Shown in pieces: positions 39,401-50,020 of a stretch of DNA of 64,000 nucleotides. The notes below the pieces were generated by a model. It was not told the DNA's origin. It saw nothing but the letters and a program-made list of their open reading frames with translations, and made no database searches. The stretch covers positions 16,535-80,534 of the forward strand of contig CAZKOL010000004.1 in NCBI GenBank assembly GCA_964554375.1, in the 5' to 3' direction. Origin of the DNA: an uncultured Dehalococcoidales bacterium (lineage in GTDB: Bacteria > Chloroflexota > Dehalococcoidia > GIF9 > UBA5629). The stretch's first letter is position 1; every line of letters begins with the position of its first letter. Position numbers and translations under genes: made by a program.

Positions 39401-40666
39401 TTGAAGGTATTGGTTATCGGCAACGGGGCACGCGAGCATACCCTCGTATGGAAAATTGCCCGGAGCCCCCGCGTCGATGACATATATGCTGTGCCGGGAA
39501 ATGCCGGCACCAGCGGTTTGGCCCGCAACCTGGACATATCCTTGAACGATATCCCCTCGATAATGAAAAAGGCCGGGGAGCTTGGAATCGGATTGGCCGT
39601 TGTGGGACCTGAGGCTCCCCTGGCAGCAGGGATCGCAGATCTTTTCAGCCAGGCCGGTATTAGGGTTTTCGGCCCGTCCAGGGCGGCCGCCCGCCTTGAG
39701 TCAAGCAAAGCTTTCGCCCGCGATATCATGCAAAGAAACAACATTCCCTGCGCCGCCGGCAGGACCTTTACCAGCTATAGTGATGCTAAAAGCTATATCG
39801 AAAGCCAGGATCCCCCCATCGTTGTCAAGGCTGACGGATTGGCAGCGGGCAAGGGAGTAACCGTGGCAAAGACCGCAGAGGAAGCGCTTGGTGCGCTCCA
39901 TTTAATAATGAAAGACAGGGCTTTCGGGACGGCCGGCGACAGGGTGGTCATCGAGGAATGCCTGCTCGGCAAGGAGGTGAGCCTTCTGGCCTTTACCGAC
40001 GGTGAAAGAGTGATACCCATGGTCCCGGCCTGCGACTACAAGAGAGTCTTCGACGACGACCAGGGCCCCAATACCGGCGGTATGGGCAGCTACAGTCCAC
40101 CCGGCTTTTTCGATCAAGAGATGACCAACCAGGTGCTGGAAACGATTATTAAACCCATCATTGCTGCCATGGCTAAAGAAGGATCGCCCTATAAAGGCGT
40201 GCTTTATACAGGGTTGATCATCACGCAGCAGGGTCCGAAAGTGCTGGAGTTTAATGCCCGTTTTGGCGATCCTGAAACACAGGTGATACTGCCCAGGCTG
40301 GAGTCCGACCTGGTGGAGATCATGTTGTCCGTAATTGAGGCTAATCTTAACCGTGTGAAGATCGAATGGAGCAGCAATGCTTGCGTGGGCGTGGTCATGT
40401 CGTCGGGCGGGTACCCGGGCGGCTACCGCACGGGCTTCCCCATTACTATTTCCAATAGGCTGGAAAGGGATGTCAACATATTTTACGCTGGCGCCGGTAA
40501 GCGCGAGGACGGCAATATCGTCACCAGCGGGGGCCGGGTACTAACTGTTACGGCCTCAGGCAGTACCCTGAAAGAAGCGAGGGAGAAGGTATACCGCAAC
40601 ATGCCAAATATCGATTTTGAGGGCTGCCACTTCCGCAGGGATATTGCAGCACGGGAGGTGAATTGA
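39401..40666 (+). CDS. purD: Phosphoribosylamine--glycine ligase
   Basis: 421 aa. MKVLVIGNGAREH with an ATP-grasp fold. Confidence 0.92.
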   Translation: MKVLVIGNGAREHTLVWKIARSPRVDDIYAVPGNAGTSGLARNLDISLNDIPSIMKKAGELGIGLAVVGPEAPLAAGIADLFSQAGIRVFGPSRAAARLESSKAFARDIMQRNNIPCAAGRTFTSYSDAKSYIESQDPPIVVKADGLAAGKGVTVAKTAEEALGALHLIMKDRAFGTAGDRVVIEECLLGKEVSLLAFTDGERVIPMVPACDYKRVFDDDQGPNTGGMGSYSPPGFFDQEMTNQVLETIIKPIIAAMAKEGSPYKGVLYTGLIITQQGPKVLEFNARFGDPETQVILPRLESDLVEIMLSVIEANLNRVKIEWSSNACVGVVMSSGGYPGGYRTGFPITISNRLERDVNIFYAGAGKREDGNIVTSGGRVLTVTASGSTLKEAREKVYRNMPNIDFEGCHFRRDIAAREVN

Positions 40667-41124
40667 TGTCGCTGGTTGGCATTGTAATAGGGAGCAAAAC
40701 TGACGAAGAGTTCATTCAGCCTGCCCTCGCCATATTTAAAGAGTTCAAGATCGAGTACGATATTGCCATATTATCGGCCCACCGCAAGCCGGACAGGGTA
40801 CGCCAGTATGCGCTTGAAGCCGATTCCAAAGGTTACCAGGTCATAATTGCGGCGGCGGGCAGCGCTGCCCACCTGCCCGGGGTCATCGCTTCGTGGACGA
40901 CACTGCCAGTCATAGGAGTACCATTGCCTACCAGCGATCTGAAAGGTGTGGACTCGCTGTATTCCATCGTGCAAATGCCGGGCGGTGTGCCGGTTGCCTG
41001 CACGGGCATAGGCGCCGCTGGCGTTAAGAATGCAGCGCTGCTGGCAGTCCAGATTCTGGGCATTAAATTCATCGATATCAAGAAGTCTTTTGCAGAATAT
41101 AAGCGCAGGCTGGCTGAGGCGTAA
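40663..41124 (+). CDS. purE: N5-carboxyaminoimidazole ribonucleotide mutase
   Basis: 153 aa. Contains GSKTDEE...SAHR. Confidence 0.9.
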   Translation: MMSLVGIVIGSKTDEEFIQPALAIFKEFKIEYDIAILSAHRKPDRVRQYALEADSKGYQVIIAAAGSAAHLPGVIASWTTLPVIGVPLPTSDLKGVDSLYSIVQMPGGVPVACTGIGAAGVKNAALLAVQILGIKFIDIKKSFAEYKRRLAEA

Positions 41125-41136
41125 GGGCAGGTATAT

Positions 41137-42459
41137 ATGATTGAACGATATTCACGCCCAAAAATGAAAAAAATCTGGTCGGACAAAAACAAGTTCGACA
41201 AATGGCTGCAGGTTGAGATCGCCGTCTGCGAGGCTTGGGCCGACGCCGGGCGCATACCCAAATCAGCCTTACAAAAAATACGGACGGCCAGAGTTGACTT
41301 CGAGCGCATGGCAGAGATACTTAAGGTCACCCATCATGATGTAACCGCTTTCCTCAATGCCGTGGGGGAAACAGTGGGGGAGGACTCACGCTATATTCAC
41401 CTGGGCCTGACATCGTCGGATATCATGGACACGGCTCAGGCGCTGCAGCTTCGTGAAGCCGTTAACCTGCTGCTCGAGGATGCGAATGCGCTGATCACGG
41501 TGCTCGAGGACAGGGCTGTTGCAAACAAGGACACTATCATGATCGGACGAACGCACGGGGTGCATGCCGAGCCCATAACATTCGGACTCAAGATGGCCTT
41601 GTGGGCGCAGGAGATGAGGCGCAACTGTGCCAGGTTGGAAGATGCAAAAAAATGCATCAGCGTGGGTAAGATATCCGGTGCAGTCGGCACATATGCCACG
41701 GTGCCGCCCGATATCGAGGCCAAAACATGTGCTTCGCTGGGGCTGGCCTGTGCACCTATTTCAAACCAGGTAATCCAGCGTGACCGCTACGCCCAGCTTA
41801 TAACGACGCTTGCCATCACGGCCAGCTCTCTTGACAAGTTTGCCACGGAGATCAGGGCCCTGCAGAGGACAGAGATACTGGAAGCAGAGGAACCTTTTTC
41901 CCGGGGTCAGACGGGTTCATCGGCCATGCCTCATAAACGTAACCCCGAGCTTTGCGAGAGGGTCTGCGGGCTGTCCCGCTTGATCAGGGGCTATTCTATT
42001 ACCGCACTGGAGAACATGGCGCTCTGGCATGAGCGCGACATCAGTCATTCATCAAACGAACGTGTGATACTGCCGGATGCCTGCCTTGCCCTCGACTATA
42101 TTTTGAGCATATTCACCGGCGTCATGAAGGGCCTGCAGGTGTACCCGGATAATATGAAGCGAAACCTCGAGATAACGCAGGGACTGGTATTTTCCCAGAA
42201 TGTCATGCTTGCGCTGGTAAGCAAGGGGCTCAGCCGCCAGCAAGCTTACGAGATTGCGCAGCGCAATGCGATGACAGCATGGAAAACCAGGACTCCCTTC
42301 CTGAAACTGCTGAAAGCGGATCCCGATGTCTCAGAATACCTGAATGCCAAGGAACTGGAAACCTTATTCGATTACCGGCGCTTCCTCAAGCATACAGACA
42401 CGGTATTTGAACGTCTGGGTCTGCTTAAGAAAACGCGTAAATCACAGATTAAAAGATAG
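41137..42459 (+). CDS. purB: Adenylosuccinate lyase
   Basis: 440 aa. Contains the lyase motif GSSAMPHKRNP. Confidence 0.92.
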   Translation: MIERYSRPKMKKIWSDKNKFDKWLQVEIAVCEAWADAGRIPKSALQKIRTARVDFERMAEILKVTHHDVTAFLNAVGETVGEDSRYIHLGLTSSDIMDTAQALQLREAVNLLLEDANALITVLEDRAVANKDTIMIGRTHGVHAEPITFGLKMALWAQEMRRNCARLEDAKKCISVGKISGAVGTYATVPPDIEAKTCASLGLACAPISNQVIQRDRYAQLITTLAITASSLDKFATEIRALQRTEILEAEEPFSRGQTGSSAMPHKRNPELCERVCGLSRLIRGYSITALENMALWHERDISHSSNERVILPDACLALDYILSIFTGVMKGLQVYPDNMKRNLEITQGLVFSQNVMLALVSKGLSRQQAYEIAQRNAMTAWKTRTPFLKLLKADPDVSEYLNAKELETLFDYRRFLKHTDTVFERLGLLKKTRKSQIKR

Positions 42460-42469
42460 GAGTTACGAC

Positions 42470-43381
42470 TTGGACATTATATTTGACAGCTCACTACGAC
42501 TACCTTTATACGGGAAAGGTAAGGTCAGGGACACTTACCAGGTAGGAGATAAGCTCCTGATCGTGGCCACCGACCGCATCTCGGCTTTCGATTTTGTACT
42601 TCCCAGCGGCATACCTGATAAAGGGATCGTGCTAAATCAGATCTCGGCTTTCTGGTTCGGAAAAACCTATCACCTGGTGCACAACCACATGGTTGAATCG
42701 GTTGAAAGCCGGAGGGCGCTGCTGAAATATTCTCCCTGGAAAAGACCGCTTCACGAAATGCTGCTCGGTCGCTCCATGGTTGTTTTAAAAGCGGACCGTG
42801 TACCGGTGGAATGCGTTGTCCGCGGTTACGTTGCCGGTTCGGCCTGGGCAGAGTACAAGAAAAAGGGAACAATCAACGGGCGAAAGGCACGCAAGGGACT
42901 GGTAGAGAGTCAGGAATTGCCGGAACCCATATTCACACCTACTACCAAGGCGGCTGTTGGCCATGACCTTCCCCTCACTCCCGGGGAACTCATCGACCTG
43001 GTAGGGGAGAAGACCGCCCGCAGGCTTGAACAAAATAGCCTTGCGCTTTACAATTTTGCACGTTCATATGCCTTTGAGCGCGGCATTATCATAGCCGATA
43101 CTAAATTCGAGTTCGGTTTCCACGATAAAGAGCTCATCCTGATTGATGAGGCGCTTACACCTGATTCAAGCAGGTTCTGGGATGTCAGCCAGTATGAGCC
43201 GGGGAAATCTCAGCCAAGCTATGATAAGCAGCCGGTCAGGGACTGGCTGACCGCCTCCGGCTGGAACAAAAAGGCGCCTGTACCGGCCTTGCCGGCAGAC
43301 GTGGTTGAGGCGACGGCGGAGCGTTACCGCGAGGCCTACTCGCTGCTGACCGGGAGGAAGTTGAAAAATGTATTTATCTAA
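42470..43381 (+). CDS. purC: Phosphoribosylaminoimidazole-succinocarboxamide synthase
   Basis: TTG start, begins (M)DIIFDSSLRLPLYGKGKVRDTY. The track ORF starting at 42344 is over-extended. Confidence 0.88.
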   Translation: MDIIFDSSLRLPLYGKGKVRDTYQVGDKLLIVATDRISAFDFVLPSGIPDKGIVLNQISAFWFGKTYHLVHNHMVESVESRRALLKYSPWKRPLHEMLLGRSMVVLKADRVPVECVVRGYVAGSAWAEYKKKGTINGRKARKGLVESQELPEPIFTPTTKAAVGHDLPLTPGELIDLVGEKTARRLEQNSLALYNFARSYAFERGIIIADTKFEFGFHDKELILIDEALTPDSSRFWDVSQYEPGKSQPSYDKQPVRDWLTASGWNKKAPVPALPADVVEATAERYREAYSLLTGRKLKNVFI

Positions 43382-43625
43382 AGTCTATATAACGCTCAAA
43401 CCTACCGTGAACGATCCGCAGGGCCTGACTATCAAGGGCGCCCTTCATACTCTGGGCTTCAGCAATGTGGAGGAGGTCAGGGCTGGCAAATACATCGAGA
43501 TACGTATTGCTGCGGACAATCTGGAGCAAGCGCGGGCTGAATTGCAGGATATGTGTAAAAAGCTGCTGGCCAACCCGGTCATCGAGAACTTCCGTTTCGA
43601 CCTGGAGGAAGTCAGGCCGGCCTGA
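43368..43625 (+). CDS. purS: Phosphoribosylformylglycinamidine synthase subunit PurS
   Basis: 85 aa. MYLSKVYITLKPTVNDPQGLTI is typical of PurS. Confidence 0.88.
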   Translation: MYLSKVYITLKPTVNDPQGLTIKGALHTLGFSNVEEVRAGKYIEIRIAADNLEQARAELQDMCKKLLANPVIENFRFDLEEVRPA

Positions 43626-43628
43626 GGC

Positions 43629-44534
43629 TCAGGGTACGCTGTATTTTATCTTCAATACTGCCCCATCCAGGCATATCATGTCAGCTATGCTATCCCAGTT
43701 TGTTGACGTAAAGAAACCCAGCCTGAACTGGCACCTTCCCTGAGCATCGGAAATCAGCTTCTGCACTATGTTATTGCCCCGCTCATCCAGCGTTACATCA
43801 ACAATGAGGAGAGCACTGTCCTGCAGATCTATCAGCTTCAAGCTGGCTACCATGGGCGCTATTGCCTCATAGGCTACCCTACCCAAACTTCCTGCCGATC
43901 CGTACTGGTACTGGTATATCTCAAGAGCACCCATATTGCCCCACATAGCACTGCTGTAGGTGGGGTGTCCCATAACTGAATATCCCGTTAGATCCAGCTC
44001 GGCCTCGCTGACCACTGCAGTGGGAGGCAGCATTGTCAGATCAAAGCTCAGGAACGCACGGCTGGCCTGGTTCGCCGGATTATCCCCGGCGCAGACAGCG
44101 TTTGAAGCGGCGTAATTAACGCCGCTTTTAACCAGAGACCCGCTCTCGCCTGGCACAACAGGCAATATGACTATCCTTTCACCATCCAGCTGCGCGGGCG
44201 GTCTACCCACAACTGCCACCGTCACTATCGCTGTGCTGCTCCCAGCAGAATTAACCGCTGTCAGGATATAAGCCGTCGTCGCGGACGGCACGATGGATTT
44301 TGAGCCGTTCAAGGGGACGGGGCCAACCCCATTATCTATGTTGACTGCCTGGGCGCCCGAAACATCCCAGACCAGCACCGCATTTTGCCCTGCAGCCACA
44401 ATTGCCGGGATGACCGCAAAATTGGTCACAACAGGCCTCCCGGCCTGAGGAGTTGTCTGATATACAGGAGCAGGCAGGTATATGCACCCCGCCAATATAA
44501 GTAACAGTAAAAAAGATAACAGCAGTTTTTTCAT
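43629..44534 (-). CDS. Secreted lipoprotein, paralog of the next gene
   Basis: 301 aa. Signal peptide/lipobox LLILAGC. Shares an FLSFD-containing C-terminal domain with the protein at 44623-45795. Confidence 0.6.
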   Translation of the reverse strand: MKKLLLSFLLLLILAGCIYLPAPVYQTTPQAGRPVVTNFAVIPAIVAAGQNAVLVWDVSGAQAVNIDNGVGPVPLNGSKSIVPSATTAYILTAVNSAGSSTAIVTVAVVGRPPAQLDGERIVILPVVPGESGSLVKSGVNYAASNAVCAGDNPANQASRAFLSFDLTMLPPTAVVSEAELDLTGYSVMGHPTYSSAMWGNMGALEIYQYQYGSAGSLGRVAYEAIAPMVASLKLIDLQDSALLIVDVTLDERGNNIVQKLISDAQGRCQFRLGFFTSTNWDSIADMICLDGAVLKIKYSVP

Positions 44535-44622
44535 ATTAGATCCTCCCGGGGCAACATTGTCTGCATCACAAAAGATAGCCAGAAAACGCCGCTTAAGTTT
44601 AGCTGCCGCCCCCGGTTCAACT

Positions 44623-45795
44623 TTACTGTGGCAACACGTAGCGGACGATCAATTTGGCATTGCCGGCGCTGATATCAAGGTAATTGGCGCTGCTTTCACC
44701 GCTGTAAGACCCCGTATACCTCTGCTCGGTGTAGTCAGCCCGGCTGTAATAATAGTATTTCTCGAACTGCAACCGTGTCTGGTAGCGATTGCTGCCCATA
44801 TCCAGCTGTTTCTGCAGGGTCGTGACAAAATCCGGCGAGGTAAACGGTGTACTCGGCATCATAGTGGCCACGAAATTATAGTTCCAGCTGTAAAGGTAGC
44901 CCGCGGGAACAATAACCATGTAGTCGTTTGCTCTCAAATAGTCACCATATTGCTGGTTATAAATGTTGAGCGAGCCCTGAAATGGGAAGGGTGAATTGAT
45001 CACCACAGATTTTGAGATATCGAGATCTACGTCCTTGATAATGGCATCGCGCGGGATGGAAGATATATCGAAACTCAGGAAGCCCTGCATCTGTATCTGC
45101 ATTTCGTTCTGTCCAACCATGACTCCATCAAGAACTACTTTGTCCTTCCTGACTGTTCCATCCTCGGCTGCGATCGAATATAAGGTGGTTGTATATACAT
45201 GCAGCGGGGTCACAAGGATCCTGGTATTGGCCGTCATTGTACCATCATCATTCCTGGCATAGATGGTGTACATCGTGTCCTTTCTGGGCTGTACCGTCCG
45301 GCTGCCGGACATGGATACATCGCCGATGTCGGGATCAATGCGGACATTGCCGAACCCCGATACATCCCAGGTCAATGTCGACCATTCACCTTCTTTTATC
45401 TCGGGCGGAGTAGCTGTAAATATCCTGATCGACATCTTTTCCGGTCCCCCGGGAATGATCACGTTGACATTCGTCCCTACCTCGTCGGACCAGTTGCCGT
45501 AATTGTCCTGCGCTTTAAACCAGATCGTGTGCGAGCCTGCTGTCAACGAATCGGTTTCGAAGGATGCCAGCTCGCTCAGATTTCCGTTTATGCTGGAACG
45601 CCAGTTGTAGCCCACAATCTGGCCGGTGGATGAAATTGCATGCCCGGAGAATTTGACCTTCTCCCCTGCGTAAACCTGTGGGGACGACACGGAATCGATA
45701 TAGGCAAGGGGAGCCAATTGGGTATTTACCGCCGGTCTCACGCATCCCGAAACCAGTACCGCCAACATCAGGATGGCTATAGCCGCCTTTCTCAA
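44623..45795 (-). CDS. Secreted lipoprotein, paralog of 43629-44534
   Basis: Probable TTG start, preceded by the RBS ggaggtg. Signal peptide MRKAAIAILMLAVLVSGC. Shares the C-terminal domain of the neighbouring paralog. Confidence 0.55.
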   Translation of the reverse strand: MRKAAIAILMLAVLVSGCVRPAVNTQLAPLAYIDSVSSPQVYAGEKVKFSGHAISSTGQIVGYNWRSSINGNLSELASFETDSLTAGSHTIWFKAQDNYGNWSDEVGTNVNVIIPGGPEKMSIRIFTATPPEIKEGEWSTLTWDVSGFGNVRIDPDIGDVSMSGSRTVQPRKDTMYTIYARNDDGTMTANTRILVTPLHVYTTTLYSIAAEDGTVRKDKVVLDGVMVGQNEMQIQMQGFLSFDISSIPRDAIIKDVDLDISKSVVINSPFPFQGSLNIYNQQYGDYLRANDYMVIVPAGYLYSWNYNFVATMMPSTPFTSPDFVTTLQKQLDMGSNRYQTRLQFEKYYYYSRADYTEQRYTGSYSGESSANYLDISAGNAKLIVRYVLPQ

Positions 45796-45861
45796 ATTGA
45801 CACCTCCCTGCGTGTGATATTTCTCACAATCTAACATTGTAGTCCTGGCTTGTCAATATAC

Positions 45862-46644
45862 TCATTTCTGCATTCTGGCCCTGACATACTGCATAACCGT
45901 GCCCATGGTTTCTCCCGCCTTGCCCTCGATGCGCACAGCCGCCCTGGAGTCCATGGGCGTTGAGCCGATGTTGACAATAACGATTTTGGCCCCGGCGTTA
46001 TGCGCATATTCCGGTATGTAGGCAGCAGGATACACGACCAGCGTTGAACCAATTACTACGCACAGGTCGCACTGGTTAGCCCTGCGAGAAGCCTCGCTCA
46101 GCACGGCCTGCGGCAACATTTCGCCGAAATATACGGCATCAGGCTTGAGGATGCCCTTGCAGGCCTCGCATTCCGGCAATTCCTCAATGGCAAGGCGTGC
46201 CACTATCTCGGCCATGGGATAACGCCTGCGGCAGCTCAGACAGCGGGCATATTGCATGTTGCCATGCAGCTCGAAGACCTTTTCATCCGGCACGCCTGCC
46301 AACTGGTGCAGGTTATCGATGTTCTGCGTTACAACGCAATCCAGCTTGCCCAGTTTGTCCAGCTCGGCTATGGCGTAATGGGCTGCGTTCGGCTGCACAT
46401 CCTTAACCAGGCCCCCTTCAGCCAGAAGTTTCCATTGCATCTTCCTGACCTCGGGCCGGGCGACGAACCTCCGGATGGTGAAATCCTCGGGATCCATCCT
46501 CGTCCAGATGCCATCCTCTCCCCGGAAGTCTGGTATGCCGGACTCCGTGCTGATGCCCGCCCCGCTGAAAACCACGCACCGTTTGGAATTCACCATCAGA
46601 TCGGCAACCTGTGCAGCCAACTGCTCTATTTTATTGCCTTCCAT
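45862..46644 (-). CDS. cobB: NAD-dependent protein deacylase (Sir2 family)
   Basis: 260 aa. Contains GAGISTESGIPDFRG, QNIDNLH and the CxxC...CxxC zinc motif. Confidence 0.88.
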   Translation of the reverse strand: MEGNKIEQLAAQVADLMVNSKRCVVFSGAGISTESGIPDFRGEDGIWTRMDPEDFTIRRFVARPEVRKMQWKLLAEGGLVKDVQPNAAHYAIAELDKLGKLDCVVTQNIDNLHQLAGVPDEKVFELHGNMQYARCLSCRRRYPMAEIVARLAIEELPECEACKGILKPDAVYFGEMLPQAVLSEASRRANQCDLCVVIGSTLVVYPAAYIPEYAHNAGAKIVIVNIGSTPMDSRAAVRIEGKAGETMGTVMQYVRARMQK

Positions 46645-46738
46645 CGTTCAAACCCCGCGATATCCTATATTCCCCATATGAATACTCTCATTAATTATAC
46701 ATGGTTTGATCTCTTTGATATATTATTATGGCTACATC

Positions 46739-47515
46739 ATGCCTGAAATCGTCGATTACTTAAAAAGCAACCTGACTACCAGCTTCATCGGCAAGGAGCT
46801 GCATTACCTGGCGACCACATCTTCAACACAGGATATAGCAAGGGAGATGGCCGATCGCGGGGCGCCCGAGGGCACGGCTGTCATAGCCGGGACGCAGTTA
46901 TCCGGCCGCGGCAGGCTGGGCAGGTCCTGGTTATCCCCTGAGGGCGGTCTGGCAACATCGATAATCCTGCGGCCCGCTATGTCAGCGGTTCCCCTGCTGC
47001 CGGCCATATCCGCCCTGGCGGTTTTCCGCACGATTAAGGACCTTGGCATCGAGGCCGGCATCAAGTGGCCGAATGATATCCTTATCAGCGAGCGCAAGGT
47101 CTGCGGAATTTTAATAGAACACGCAGTGATTAACAGCATGGTCGGCTACAGCATTATAGGCATCGGCATCAACATCAATTTCGACACCGCGCTGTATCCT
47201 GAGATAGCCGGTTTCGCCACCAGCCTCTCCATGCAGCTGGGCCACGAATTGCCTGTTGGGCAGGTGGCATTGAGCGTTTACACGGAAATGGAAAATCTTT
47301 ACCTGCAGTCCGTAACACCTGATTTAATCATCAGGGAATGGGCTGACAATATGCATACCATAGGCCGACGCGTGAAAGTTCAATCAGGGAACAGCGTCAT
47401 CGAGGGTGTGGCCGAGACCATTAATAAATCAGGCCACCTGGTGCTGCGCCTGGATGACGGAACTGTACAGGAGATCGTGGCAGGTGACATATCAGTCATC
47501 CCTGGCTGCGGTTAA
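46739..47515 (+). CDS. birA: Biotin--[acetyl-CoA-carboxylase] ligase
   Basis: Contains the GRGRLGRSW motif. The catalytic domain lacks an N-terminal HTH. Confidence 0.82.
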   Translation: MPEIVDYLKSNLTTSFIGKELHYLATTSSTQDIAREMADRGAPEGTAVIAGTQLSGRGRLGRSWLSPEGGLATSIILRPAMSAVPLLPAISALAVFRTIKDLGIEAGIKWPNDILISERKVCGILIEHAVINSMVGYSIIGIGININFDTALYPEIAGFATSLSMQLGHELPVGQVALSVYTEMENLYLQSVTPDLIIREWADNMHTIGRRVKVQSGNSVIEGVAETINKSGHLVLRLDDGTVQEIVAGDISVIPGCG

Positions 47516-47565
47516 TAATAAGGGCGGCTGTGAAGCCGCCCTTATTTTATGATCCTGCTTCGTTA

Positions 47566-48339
47566 TCAGGCGCCCAGCTTCTTCTTATCGCCGCCCATCT
47601 TTTGCAGCATGGGCTCAATCAGCTCAATTGGCAGTGGGAACACCACCGTATTGGTACGTTCTGAAGCTATGGCCACCAGCGTCTGGAGATAGCGCAACTG
47701 GAGGGCCGCAGGTTGACTGGAGATGATCTTAGCGGCCTCGGCCAGCTTCTCGGCCGCCTGCGCTTCACCCTCGGCGGCGATTATCTTGGCTCTCCTCCCC
47801 CTCTCGGCCTCTGCCTGCGCAGCCATGATTTTCTGCATATTATCGGGCAGTTGAACATCGCGCACCTCGACCAGGCTCACCTTGATGCCCCATGGCTCGG
47901 TGCTTTCATCGATTATGGTCTGCAACTTCTCGTTTATCCTTTCCCGGTGCGCCAGCAGATCTTCGAGTTCCGACTGTCCAACCACGTTCCGCAAAGTCGT
48001 CTGACAAAGCAATGACGTAGCTCTGATATACTGCTCAACGTTCAGGATCGCCCACTCCGGCTTCATCACGCGAAAATATACTACCGCATCTACCTTGACC
48101 GTCACCGTGTCCATGGTGATACATTCTTGCTGCGGCACGTCCATGGTCACAACGCGCAATTCGACTTTAACCAGGCGCTCGATAAAGGGTATGAGCAGGA
48201 TAAGACCCGGGCCCCTGACGCCCACGTATCTGCCGAGGCGAAAGACCACACCCCTTTCATACTCATTGACTATCCTGATAGATGCAAAAAGCACTATCAA
48301 AACGAAAATCGCCAGTACTATTATTCCCGCAAACTGCAT
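47566..48339 (-). CDS. SPFH/band-7 (stomatin-like) membrane protein
   Basis: 257 aa. N-terminal TM followed by [17 protein letters not shown]. Confidence 0.85.
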   Translation of the reverse strand: MQFAGIIVLAIFVLIVLFASIRIVNEYERGVVFRLGRYVGVRGPGLILLIPFIERLVKVELRVVTMDVPQQECITMDTVTVKVDAVVYFRVMKPEWAILNVEQYIRATSLLCQTTLRNVVGQSELEDLLAHRERINEKLQTIIDESTEPWGIKVSLVEVRDVQLPDNMQKIMAAQAEAERGRRAKIIAAEGEAQAAEKLAEAAKIISSQPAALQLRYLQTLVAIASERTNTVVFPLPIELIEPMLQKMGGDKKKLGA

Positions 48340-48348
48340 AGCTGCCTC

Positions 48349-49662
48349 CTAATTTTTTTTTGTTACTATAAGTTTAAGGTTATCCACCTTCTGAACAATC
48401 ACCTCTTCCCCCGCGTGAGCCTGGCCTTCATCCAGCTCAGCCTTCCAAAGCTCTCCCTCCACCATCACCATACCCCTGGGCTTGAGAGCAGTTCTAACTT
48501 CGGCCACCTGCCCGATCATACCTTCCTTCCCGGTGGTCACCTTCCTTTTTTGCCCCCTGACAACAGCCCAGACCAGGAAAGCCATAAAGGCGGCCAGAAA
48601 AATGGCGACGTACACGATGAGACTCTTATCGAACTGCATGGATGCCTCACTTTCACTAAAAAGGATGAGCGAACCTATAACGAGCGATACAACTCCACCT
48701 GTGGTCAGTATACCATAAGCAGGTACAAAAATCTCAGTTACGAAGAGGCCGAAAGCGAGCACTATGAGCAACAACCCCGCCCAATACGCGTTCAGCACAC
48801 CCAGCGAGTAGAAGGCCAGGAAAAGGCAGATCCCGCCGATCACTCCGGGTAAGATGAGCCCCGGGTTGGAGATCTCGGTGATCAGCCCGATGGAAGCCAG
48901 TGTAAGCAATATATATGCAATGTTAGGATGGCTGATGGTCTGCAGTGTCTTCTCCGCCAGCATCATATCGCTTTTAGTGACGCCAGCATTCTCTGTATCG
49001 ATGGTGACCTCTCTGCCGTCTGCCAGTGTCACCTTTTGCCCGTTGATCTGCCTTATGACGCTGTCCAGATCATCGGCCTGAAAATCCACCAGCTTTTTCT
49101 CGACGGCTTCCTTGGCGGTGAACGACTTGCTCTCCCTTACCGCAGCCTCGACCAGGGAAGGATCGCGCCCCCGCTTCTCAGCTATGCTCTGTATCCAGGC
49201 TGCCGAGTATTCCGTCACCTTCTTCTGAACGTCTTCAGGCATCTGCTCACCCACGCTCACCGGGTGAGCTGCTCCCAGGCTGGTCGCCGGCGCCATGGCG
49301 GAGAGGTGCGCCGAAACAGTGATGAAAGTGCCAGCCGAAGCGGCCCAGGCGCCGTGGGGCGATACGTATACTACCACCGGGACCTTTGCGTTCATGATAC
49401 GCTCGACTATTTTTGTGGTGGAATCCAGCAGGCCACCCGGCGTGTCCAGTGTGATAATACAAACTGAAGCGCCACCGTCCTCAGCTTCACCTATGCCGCG
49501 GCTGATATAGTCGGCTACCACGGGGACTATATTGCCTTTAACCGTGAGTACAACGATATTCCCGCCATTAGCCTGTGCCCCGGCAGGCAGCAGGCAGAGA
49601 ATCATACCCAGTACAAAGCAAACAAGATAAAGGATGCGGAGAAGGTTTCTTAGCATTGCCAC
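48349..49662 (-). CDS. NfeD-family membrane-bound serine protease (stomatin operon partner)
   Basis: 437 aa. ClpP-like N-terminal domain, a TM bundle and a C-terminal OB domain. Upstream of the SPFH gene. Confidence 0.8.
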   Translation of the reverse strand: MAMLRNLLRILYLVCFVLGMILCLLPAGAQANGGNIVVLTVKGNIVPVVADYISRGIGEAEDGGASVCIITLDTPGGLLDSTTKIVERIMNAKVPVVVYVSPHGAWAASAGTFITVSAHLSAMAPATSLGAAHPVSVGEQMPEDVQKKVTEYSAAWIQSIAEKRGRDPSLVEAAVRESKSFTAKEAVEKKLVDFQADDLDSVIRQINGQKVTLADGREVTIDTENAGVTKSDMMLAEKTLQTISHPNIAYILLTLASIGLITEISNPGLILPGVIGGICLFLAFYSLGVLNAYWAGLLLIVLAFGLFVTEIFVPAYGILTTGGVVSLVIGSLILFSESEASMQFDKSLIVYVAIFLAAFMAFLVWAVVRGQKRKVTTGKEGMIGQVAEVRTALKPRGMVMVEGELWKAELDEGQAHAGEEVIVQKVDNLKLIVTKKN

Positions 49663-50020
49663 TATATTGTAGCATCTTTAGACCAATGCGATCGCTTGGC
49701 ACTTGAGCAAGAGGGGAGTCGAGGAGGCAAACCGCCTTTTGGGAGAAATATACCCGGATGTGTTATAAAGAGGAACAGATAATAAGGCGCATGACACAAT
49801 GCGGCCTGTTCAGGTTGATATGCAAAACACAGCAGACTATAAAGTTCGCTAAAATGTAGGACCACGCCTGGTATACCGTTCTTAAGCAGGTAATAACAGC
49901 GGCACAGTACACCTGCGGGTACTGCCAATATGACTGTGTCTCACTACATCTATGGCGCCGATTGTAGCTGTAATACTATTAGTGTAGAATTATCCCGCTT
50001 AACGAAAAGGATAATCAATT

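Noticed and set aside
42344-42469. 5' extension of the purC ORF overlapping the purB 3' end
   Set aside because: The extended frame reads through the end of purB. Homology to SAICAR synthetase begins at the TTG/Met near 42470.
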